64,000 nucleotides of DNA from contig CAXXYE010000007.1 of the NCBI GenBank assembly GCA_963674865.2, forward strand, positions 288,001 through 352,000, written 5' to 3'. The notes beneath the pieces are model-generated. The model saw only the letters and a list, made by a program, of their open reading frames with translations, had not been told where the DNA came from and did no database searches. Shown here in pieces: positions 21,026 through 28,298 of the stretch. Position 1 is the first letter of the stretch; each line of letters opens with the position of its first letter. The position numbers and the translations under genes were made by a program. This stretch comes from Candidatus Hydrogenedentota bacterium (GTDB lineage: Bacteria; Hydrogenedentota; Hydrogenedentia; Hydrogenedentales; SLHB01).

Positions 21026-21067
21026 CGGGGACTGTCCCACGCGAGCGAAGCGAGAGGGGACTGTCCC
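21026..21067. repeat. Short REP-like element with two GGGACTGTCCC palindromes
   Basis: GGGGACTGTCCC at 21027-21038 and 21056-21067 flanking gcgagcgaagcgaga; lies between convergent genes and abuts the pdxA stop codon. Confidence 0.7.
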
Positions 21068-22047
21068 TACTTCCCAAGTTCCGCCGCAAGCGCGATGGCC
21101 GCACAGAGGCTTTCCTCGCGGGCAATGCCTTTGCCGGCAATATCGTAGGCCGTCCCGTGGTCCACGGAGGTACGGACGATGGGAATCCCCAGGGTGACGT
21201 TGACGCCCTCGTCCATGGCGATGAGCTTGAGGGGGATATGGCCCTGATCGTGGTACATGGCCACCACGAGGTCGAACTCGCCCTGCTTCATGCGAAGGAA
21301 GATGGTGTCGGCGGAGAATGGGCCGCAACAGTCGATGCCTTCGGCGCGGCAGGTTTCAACGGCCGGGCCGATTTCCTCGATTTCCTCCCGCCCGAAGGCG
21401 CCCGCCTCCCCGGCATGTGGATTCAGCGCGGCGACCGCGATGCGCCGCCGCGGCAGGTCGAGGCGAGCCAGCGCGTCCGCGGCGATCCTGATGGAATCGG
21501 CGATGCGCCCCGCCTTCACCATGCCCAAAGCCTCGCTGAGGGCGCAGTGGGAAGAGATGTGGACAATTCGCATCGGGCCGGCAAAAAGGCACATGCGGTA
21601 GTCGTGGGCTTTCGTCATGTCGGCGATGAAATCCGTGTGCCCCGCGAAGCGGCATCCGGCAAGATGGATCCCCTCCTTATTGATGGGACATGTCACCATA
21701 CCATCAACCTCTCCCGCCACGGCCAGCTTGACGGCCATCGCGATCCACTCGACGGCGCACTTGCCCGCCGCGGCGTCCAGCACCCCCGGCTCTAGGGGCG
21801 GGATATTTGCGGCGCCTTCGAGCACCGGCACGATGTCCGGCGACCCGTCGCGCCATGCGTTGTCATCGACCACCTTCGCCTCTGGGCAGGCCGGCGCCAA
21901 GTCCCGGGCCATGTTAAGGGCGGCGGCGCTTCCGATGACCACCGGCTGGCAGACGTCGTACAGTTCGCGCCGCGCCAGGGCCTTGGCCAGAATCTCAGGG
22001 CCGATGCCGTTCACATCGCCCATGGTGATCGCCAGTCGAGGCTTCAT
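21067..22047 (-). CDS. pdxA: 4-hydroxythreonine-4-phosphate dehydrogenase
   Basis: TMGDVNGIGPEI, GHTDF, LNPHAGE, AMYHDQG, RTSVDHGTAYDIAG. Confidence 0.95.
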   Translation of the reverse strand: MKPRLAITMGDVNGIGPEILAKALARRELYDVCQPVVIGSAAALNMARDLAPACPEAKVVDDNAWRDGSPDIVPVLEGAANIPPLEPGVLDAAAGKCAVEWIAMAVKLAVAGEVDGMVTCPINKEGIHLAGCRFAGHTDFIADMTKAHDYRMCLFAGPMRIVHISSHCALSEALGMVKAGRIADSIRIAADALARLDLPRRRIAVAALNPHAGEAGAFGREEIEEIGPAVETCRAEGIDCCGPFSADTIFLRMKQGEFDLVVAMYHDQGHIPLKLIAMDEGVNVTLGIPIVRTSVDHGTAYDIAGKGIAREESLCAAIALAAELGK

Positions 22048-22315
22048 GTGCTTCTCCTAGGTTGAGATGCAAGGGAAAAGAAGACGCATCATAGGATAGG
22101 CCACGCTGCGAACGAAGTCCAGACGCGGCCGCTGCGGCCACCTTCCGCACCATTCGGCGCGGACGGCGCAACCTGGATCAAGGGCAGTTTCTATCTGCTT
22201 TCGATCATCCAAACACGATGACGCGACTAAGCGCAAAAGAAGGCGACTGAATGTCTATCTATGATCGCGGAATCGCCTTTAATAATGGGCCTTCTCGCGA
22301 TTATTCATTTTCTTC

Positions 22316-22344
22316 TTGCAGCCTGCGAATATGAGTGCTATACT
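22316..22344 (+). promoter_or_regulatory. Sigma-70 promoter with extended -10 upstream of the mazG-like gene
   Basis: TTGCAG-N17-TATACT with TG at 22336-22337. Confidence 0.5.
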
Positions 22345-22435
22345 CCATGAATCGTTGCGACGCTTCGGGTCAACCGGAGAATGGCGGAAGGGTTGCTCCC
22401 GCAAGTAAACTGATGGCGTTGGCCCAAACGGCAAC

Positions 22436-22912
22436 GTGTCCTCCAGTAATAAGACAGTCTACAACCTACGGGGAAGTACTGTGTCTTTACGCGGACGGGA
22501 CAGGTGCATCTCGCAGGAGAACGGCGCGGGCAACGCGCTTTCGTTAGCCTGGGATATCCAGGTCGAAGCCGCCAAGGTTGGGTTTGATTGGCCCGATGTT
22601 GGCGGCGTTTTTGCCAAGTTGCGAGAAGAAGTCGCCGAGATCGAGTCCGCCTTGGCAGAGCAACAGCCCGAGAAGGCCCGAGCGGAGTTGGGCGACCTGC
22701 TCTTCTCCGCCGTGAATCTGGCGAGATTCCTGGAGGCCGACCCGGCGGCGGAACTGCGGAGGACGAACGAGAAGTTTCTTCGCCGGTTTGCCGAAGTAAC
22801 GAAGCGTGTCAACCGTACAGGGCGGCGCACCGGCGAGTGCACCTTGGAGGAATTGGACGTCTTCTGGGATCAAGTGAAACGAGAGGAACACAGCGCCCAG
22901 GACGGCGCTTGA
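22436..22912 (+). CDS. MazG-family nucleotide pyrophosphohydrolase, single (C-terminal-type) domain
   Basis: AAKVGFDWPD, KLREEVAE, ELGDLLFSAVNLAR, TNEKFLRRF; start uncertain. Confidence 0.8.
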   Translation: MSSSNKTVYNLRGSTVSLRGRDRCISQENGAGNALSLAWDIQVEAAKVGFDWPDVGGVFAKLREEVAEIESALAEQQPEKARAELGDLLFSAVNLARFLEADPAAELRRTNEKFLRRFAEVTKRVNRTGRRTGECTLEELDVFWDQVKREEHSAQDGA

Positions 22913-22988
22913 CATGGCCCAGTTCATAGGTACAAACTTGCGCCCTCGATCTTGCGAATTGCCCCAGTTTCAGGGGGCGAAACGGGCC

Positions 22989-23008
22989 TGTGGATAAGTT
23001 GTGGATAA
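22989..23008. promoter_or_regulatory. Two perfect tandem DnaA boxes (dnaA autoregulation and/or oriC)
   Basis: TGTGGATAA at 22989-22997 and 23000-23008, about 160 nt upstream of dnaA. Confidence 0.9.
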
Positions 23009-23166
23009 CTTGGCTTGAGGTGCGTCTGTACGGCTGACAGATCGACTTGAGTCTTGATGCTTGGTTAGCGGGACGCGGAAGGAAGGCTGCCGTTGCCTGA
23101 AAAGCGAGCCGTTTTGATGGAATACGGTAACGTATCGTCAAAACGTTTGGCCTCTTAGGAGAGAAC

Positions 23167-24528
23167 ATGCCGGAACATCGACTGGACCCGTGGGCGCAAG
23201 CGCAGGGACGCTTGCGTGAATCCCTGGATGAACACAGTTACAAGAACTGGTTTTCCCAGACGCGCTACGAATCCTACGAAGACGGTTGTTTGACAGTGAG
23301 CGTTCCCAGCCAGTTCTTCGCGGACTGGCTTCGGGATCATTACCTCGACACGATACACGAGTCGATGCGCGCCGTGGCGCCCGAGTACCGCGATGTCCAG
23401 TTCATTCCGCTGGACGAGGCCCCCATGACGCCGGCGGCCAATGCCGCTGTGAGAATCGCGTCGGCCGAATCCAAGGGAGCGGCGCGGCCAAAGCCCGCAA
23501 CGCGCAATACCTTTGACGCCCGCTCGAACTTCTCCAGCTTCGTCGTCGGGGCGGGGAATCGCTTCGCGTATGCCGCGGCCAAGGCCGTGGCCGAGTCACC
23601 GGCCCGGGCGTACAATCCCCTGTTCCTTTATGGAGCGACGGGCCTGGGCAAGACGCACCTGATGCAAGCCATCGGGCAAGAGATTCTCGAGCGCGTCCCG
23701 GGAAGCAAAGTCGTCTTTATCTCCTCCGAGCGCTTCACGAACCAATTGATCGAGAGCATCGCGAAAAAATCGACGCAGCAATTCCGCTCCAAGTACCGGA
23801 AAGTGGACGTGTTGCTCATCGACGATATCCATTTCATCGCCGGGAAAGAAGCGACCCAGGAAGAATTCTTCCACACCTTCAACGAGTTGTTCGAACAGCG
23901 CAAACAGATCGTGTTGTCCAGCGACCGCGGCCCGAAAGACATTCACGGCCTCGAAGAGCGCCTCGTATCGCGATTCGAGTGGGGCCTGGTGACGGATATC
24001 CAGGCGCCGGATCTCGAGACGCGCGTGGCCATCCTCCAGAACAAGGCCGCCGAGGAAGGTTTCACGATACTCCCCGAGGTGAACCGGTACATCGCCACCC
24101 GCGTGATAACCAACATCCGCGTGTTGCAGGGCGCCCTCACCACGGTGCTCGCCTACAGCAGGCTCACGCACCAGCCCATCACCCTGTCCCTCGCCGAAGA
24201 GGTGATGACCATGCTGGTGGGCACGGAAGACATCAAGCAGATCCACGTGCAGGATATCCAGCGGGCGGTGGCGGAGCGGTTCGACGTCCGCATCGCCGAT
24301 CTGCGCGGCCGCAGCAGGCAGCGTCAAGTCTCGTATCCGAGGCAAATCGCGATGTACCTCTGCAAGGAGCTGATCCCCGGCATGTCGCTGAACGAGATCG
24401 GGGAAGCCTTCGGCGGCAAAGACCACACCACCGTGATTTACGCCTGTCAGAAGATCACGGAAGAAGCCAAGAACAACAAGGCCACCCAGCAGGCGCTGGC
24501 GAACCTCGAAAAGGCCATACGCTCCTGA
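23167..24528 (+). CDS. dnaA: Chromosomal replication initiator DnaA
   Basis: YNPLFLYGATGLGKTHL, LLIDDIHF, QEEFFHTFN, SRFEWGL, FGGKDHTTV. Confidence 0.98.
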   Translation: MPEHRLDPWAQAQGRLRESLDEHSYKNWFSQTRYESYEDGCLTVSVPSQFFADWLRDHYLDTIHESMRAVAPEYRDVQFIPLDEAPMTPAANAAVRIASAESKGAARPKPATRNTFDARSNFSSFVVGAGNRFAYAAAKAVAESPARAYNPLFLYGATGLGKTHLMQAIGQEILERVPGSKVVFISSERFTNQLIESIAKKSTQQFRSKYRKVDVLLIDDIHFIAGKEATQEEFFHTFNELFEQRKQIVLSSDRGPKDIHGLEERLVSRFEWGLVTDIQAPDLETRVAILQNKAAEEGFTILPEVNRYIATRVITNIRVLQGALTTVLAYSRLTHQPITLSLAEEVMTMLVGTEDIKQIHVQDIQRAVAERFDVRIADLRGRSRQRQVSYPRQIAMYLCKELIPGMSLNEIGEAFGGKDHTTVIYACQKITEEAKNNKATQQALANLEKAIRS

Positions 24529-25072
24529 ACATTGGGCGCCCGGGGACATGGGGGAGAACACGGCCGACGGAAGGCCGTCCTGGACAGCTTCAAGAGTAGA
24601 CCGTGATGAAGCCGCCAATGATAGCCGTCAATTTCGATGAGGGCAGCGTCGTTGTTTTACCGTCAACTCAGGCCCTCGAAGAATAGACCGAGCCCCCGGA
24701 GCCTGGTCCCTTCCTGTAGAAGCCCCGAGGGACGATAGCACACCCGGGCGCGCCGCTTGAACGTCACGCACCTTGTCCTCTGAGAGCTGAAACCTCAGAT
24801 TCTTTCGTCTTCACTAGCACATAACCCTTGGTGCCCCGCGCCCCGAAGGGGCAATTAGTTTGCTACATGATATGCGCTGTAAGATTCATAATCACAATAG
24901 CTTGCATCATGGCTTCCTAAACACAAGACCGTCTTTGGTCCATTATTGGGTCCGATCGAAAGGAACACCTGTCAATCTTGAGATACACCGGGAAACAAAC
25001 CATTAGAGGTTTCTTGCCTTTGCCAGTCGGCGCAGAAACGCCAAACTCCGTCCCTCGCCATGACGCTCATTG

Positions 25073-26629
25073 CTACTCCGTGAGTTCTCGCACGCTTATA
25101 TCGAGGCGCTGGAGCCATTTGCGGAAGACGTCGTAGCGGTCGTCGGGCATGGCTAGAAGCGCCATAGCGGCGCGGGCGTTGCCGCCTTCCCGGATGGCGC
25201 GTTCGAGGACCTGTTTGAGCCGGATCTCTCCGTGGATACGCCTGAACTCCCCCAAGTCCTCAATCTCAGGGTAGTCCTCGGGCGCAGGCGCCGACTCCGA
25301 GGAGGCGGCCGTTTTCACCGAAAGAGTAGTAGGCTTGGTCTCAGGTTCGGGCGCGGGCTCGGCGTCAGCTTGAGGCGGGGCCTCAGACGGTTTTGCAGTA
25401 CCTGGCGCTAATCCTAGGGTGTTGCGCACCTGTGCCTCGCTGATCACGCCCTCTTTGGCGAACACAGCCAATCGGCGCACGGTCGAGGCCAGTTCACGGA
25501 CGTTCCCGGGCCAATCGTGTTCTGCCAGGGCGGCCAGGGCTTCGGGCGTTATACTGCAAGCGATGTTGTTTCTGGCGGACGACGCATCAAGAAAGTGGCG
25601 CACGAGTAGGGGGATGTCCTCGGGGCGCTCGCGCAACCCGGGAATTGTGATAGGAATGTCCCAAATCCGATAGTAGAGATCGGCGCGAAAGTCGCCTTCT
25701 TCCTTGGCGGCGGCCAAGTCGCGGTGGGTGGCGCAGACGAGGCGGACGTCGACCTTGACAGGCTTGCCCCCGACTGGCCGCACTTCCTGATTCTCGATAG
25801 CGCGTAGCAGCTTGCTCTGCAGTGCCGGAGACATCTCCCCAATCTCGTCAAGGAACAGCGTCCCGCCGCTGGCTTGGCGGAATAGGCCCTCGTGGGCGCT
25901 TTCCGCGCCGGTGAAAGCGCCTTTCTCATGCCCGAACAGCTCGGAGTCCAGGACGGTCTCGGGAAACGAGGCGCAGTTCACGGCGATATATGGCTTCTTC
26001 CTCCGCGCGCTGCACTGGTGGATGGCACGAGCGGCCAAGTCCTTCCCCGAGCCGGTCTCGCCGAGGATGACGATGTTCATGTCGTCGAATTGCGCGGCCC
26101 GTTCGATGTGGCTGTAAAGCTGCTTCATTAGGGGATGCGCGCCGATCATGCCCTGGAAACGACTTCCCTTTTTCACGCGCGGGCCCGTATGAACCGACAA
26201 CACGGCGTCTCGCGCCCGACTGAGGGAACCCACCTGCCGTTTCAACTCAACGTTTTCCGTGGCCCGCCGGACGGTATCGCGGAGCTTGTCCCGGTCAAGC
26301 GGCTTGGTGATGTAGTGGAACGCGCCGGCCTGGATGGCCTCGACAACGAGTTCCACATCGGTAAGTACGGTCAGCATGATGACGGGAAGGTCGGGGTAGT
26401 CGTCCTTGATCCGTTTGAGCACCTCGACCCCCTCGCGGTGCTCAATCTTGGCGAAATGGGGCGGCATCTTGATGTCCAACAACACCAGGCTGATTTCGGG
26501 ATTACCTTCGAGCGTCTCAAGGCCGTTCTTGCCGGACTCGGCCCAGTGCAGGCGGTATCCGCGCAGAGCATGTTCGAGCCCCGGTTTGAAATCCACCACA
26601 TCATCGTCGATCACGAGAATCTCTACCAC
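25073..26629 (-). CDS. Sigma-54-dependent response regulator (REC-AAA+-HTH, NtrC family)
   Basis: Receiver (IDDD, LLDIKMP, KP), GETGSGKD, ELFGHEKGAFTGA, LFLDEIGE, WPGNVREL. Confidence 0.93.
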   Translation of the reverse strand: MVEILVIDDDVVDFKPGLEHALRGYRLHWAESGKNGLETLEGNPEISLVLLDIKMPPHFAKIEHREGVEVLKRIKDDYPDLPVIMLTVLTDVELVVEAIQAGAFHYITKPLDRDKLRDTVRRATENVELKRQVGSLSRARDAVLSVHTGPRVKKGSRFQGMIGAHPLMKQLYSHIERAAQFDDMNIVILGETGSGKDLAARAIHQCSARRKKPYIAVNCASFPETVLDSELFGHEKGAFTGAESAHEGLFRQASGGTLFLDEIGEMSPALQSKLLRAIENQEVRPVGGKPVKVDVRLVCATHRDLAAAKEEGDFRADLYYRIWDIPITIPGLRERPEDIPLLVRHFLDASSARNNIACSITPEALAALAEHDWPGNVRELASTVRRLAVFAKEGVISEAQVRNTLGLAPGTAKPSEAPPQADAEPAPEPETKPTTLSVKTAASSESAPAPEDYPEIEDLGEFRRIHGEIRLKQVLERAIREGGNARAAMALLAMPDDRYDVFRKWLQRLDISVRELTE

Positions 26630-26654
26630 GCCTTCGCTCCCCTTCTATGCCCTC

Positions 26655-27776
26655 TCACTCACGTGTATCTGTTCGTGCGGTTTCGAGCTTCACAGGCAAT
26701 CGCACGGTTACACGGCAGCCTTTGCCGGGCGGCGCCGTGATGTCAAGCCGGCCGAGGTGGTCGTGCTCGATGACCTGGACCACCATGGGCAGCCCTTCGC
26801 CCGTACCGCCGCTCGATACGCCACGGGTGAGGCATGTCGCCAATTCTTCCTCGTTCATGCCCCGGCCGTTGTCCTGGAAGACAACCTCCACCCATAACCC
26901 GCTGTCCGTTGTCTGGCTCACGGTGATGGCCAGCTCGGACGTGCCTGCATGCTTGGCGGCGTTGGTGATGACCTCCGCGAAGCAATCCAGCAGCCGGGAC
27001 TCGTCCGCGAAGACCTTCGGGGCCGCTTGGGTGTCGAGAGAGACGGATAGCCCGTGTTTCTCGGCCAGGCTGCGCGTCAAAGCCACGGCCTGCTCGGCCA
27101 CGTCGCCAACAGCGACTTTGTGCCCGTCAAGTTCCGCTTGGATGCTCTGAAGCGCCTCCATCACGCCGTCGATGAGGCCCGGCGCCTCCGCTGCGAAGTC
27201 TCGGCGGACAGGTTCCTCATCGAGGCGCCCGCGCCCCCCCGTCGCAAGGCTGGTGAGGCGATCGAGGCGGTTCAGGGCGTCGCGGCGGCACACCGGGAAA
27301 TGGGCCGCCACGGTTTGGGTGTCCTCGAGGGTTTGGGTGAAGAAGGCCTCGATCTCCGCCCGGGCGCGTCCAAGTTGGTCTATGTTGGTCACCACCTGCT
27401 CCCGGACTTCTTCGTCATAGGCATCGACGAGACTCGGGCAGAAGAGCTTCAGGTTGTAGAAGCACACCCGTACGACGCTGTGCCGCACGTAGGAAAGCAG
27501 CCTTTCGAGGGTGTGTAAGTCGTGCAAGACGATACGGGGCCCTTCCGATGTCACGCCCGCTTTGCCGTCTTCCACGAGCCGTTTCACACGCTGGCGCGAT
27601 TCCCGAAGTAGCTGCTCGACCCGCCGCCGCGGGCGGGCGGCGCTAAGCTCGGGGCTGCTCGTTAACCGGGCCGCGGCCCGTTCGCGTGCCGCCTGGTACG
27701 ATGCCTCCATCTCCGCCCGCAAGGCCTGGATGTTCTCCGAAGTGTTGTTAAATGTCATCGGACTTCTGTCATTCAT
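26655..27776 (-). CDS. Soluble histidine-kinase-like ATPase
   Basis: N box (EVITNAAKHA), G1 (QDNGRGM), G2 (GTGEGL, GKGCRV); possible H box LHDL; no TM helix. Confidence 0.75.
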   Translation of the reverse strand: MNDRSPMTFNNTSENIQALRAEMEASYQAARERAAARLTSSPELSAARPRRRVEQLLRESRQRVKRLVEDGKAGVTSEGPRIVLHDLHTLERLLSYVRHSVVRVCFYNLKLFCPSLVDAYDEEVREQVVTNIDQLGRARAEIEAFFTQTLEDTQTVAAHFPVCRRDALNRLDRLTSLATGGRGRLDEEPVRRDFAAEAPGLIDGVMEALQSIQAELDGHKVAVGDVAEQAVALTRSLAEKHGLSVSLDTQAAPKVFADESRLLDCFAEVITNAAKHAGTSELAITVSQTTDSGLWVEVVFQDNGRGMNEEELATCLTRGVSSGGTGEGLPMVVQVIEHDHLGRLDITAPPGKGCRVTVRLPVKLETARTDTRE

Positions 27777-27787
27777 AATCGTAGATT

Positions 27788-27803
27788 AGCACATCGCGTG
27801 CCA
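27788..27803 (-). promoter_or_regulatory. Candidate sigma-54 promoter of the HK-RR pair
   Basis: Minus strand TGGCACGCGATGTGCT (GG-N10-GC). Confidence 0.6.
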
Positions 27804-27953
27804 CTTCCTACTCAGGTTCTTCGGTACACTACCCCACGTATGGCCTACCTTTCCCTGCATTTTGCGGCGTTTTTCTCGACCACAAAGGCTCAAAGGCACG
27901 AAGGACCTTGATGTCTTGTTGTATTTTGTATTTCTATTATTTGTTCTTGCGTG

Positions 27954-28169
27954 GCGACCAGGGCTTCGCCCTGGACCCACTAAGATTGCTCGGTGCGACG
28001 CACCTCACAATCTCAAACAACACCCCCTACCAAACACTTTGACCAAGGGAAACATCCCCGCGCTACGGGCCTGTGCGCGGCCTATGCTGCGCGGCCGCGC
28101 CTTTGGCCCTCCGCGCCCCGCGGCTTACGCCGCGCAAGCAACAAAGCCGCAAAGCAGTAAGCAGCAAAA
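27954..28169 (-). repeat. Hairpin-rich non-coding element 3' of kinase-FGE gene, copy 1 (putative DGR target cis element)
   Basis: Near-identical to 38965-39181; stems CGCGGC-GTAA-GCCGCG (28119-28134) and CCAGGGC-GAA-GCCCTGG (27958-27974), among others. Confidence 0.85.
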
Positions 28170-28298
28170 CTACGGCCTGGCGAGGCGGAACCCCAAGATG
28201 TCGTACCGGTCGCCCGGGGCGGACCAGGAGCGAACCGCGGAACGGCAGTACCTCGGGTTGAAGTACCAGCTGCCACCGCGGGCCACCCGGTACGAGCC
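28170..28298 (-). other. Putative DGR variable region VR1 with constant flanks
   Basis: Versus 39182-39310: 20 mismatches confined to 28197-28271, 18 of them at codon positions 1-2; 27 identical nt on each side. Confidence 0.8.

Noticed and set aside
24529..25072. Intergenic region after dnaA as oriC/DUE, DGR template repeat or ncRNA
   Set aside because: No perfect DnaA box, no AAC-rich GGSW...GFR template and no recognisable RNA family; only a short GCCCC-GAA-GGGGC hairpin and a 26-codon ORF.
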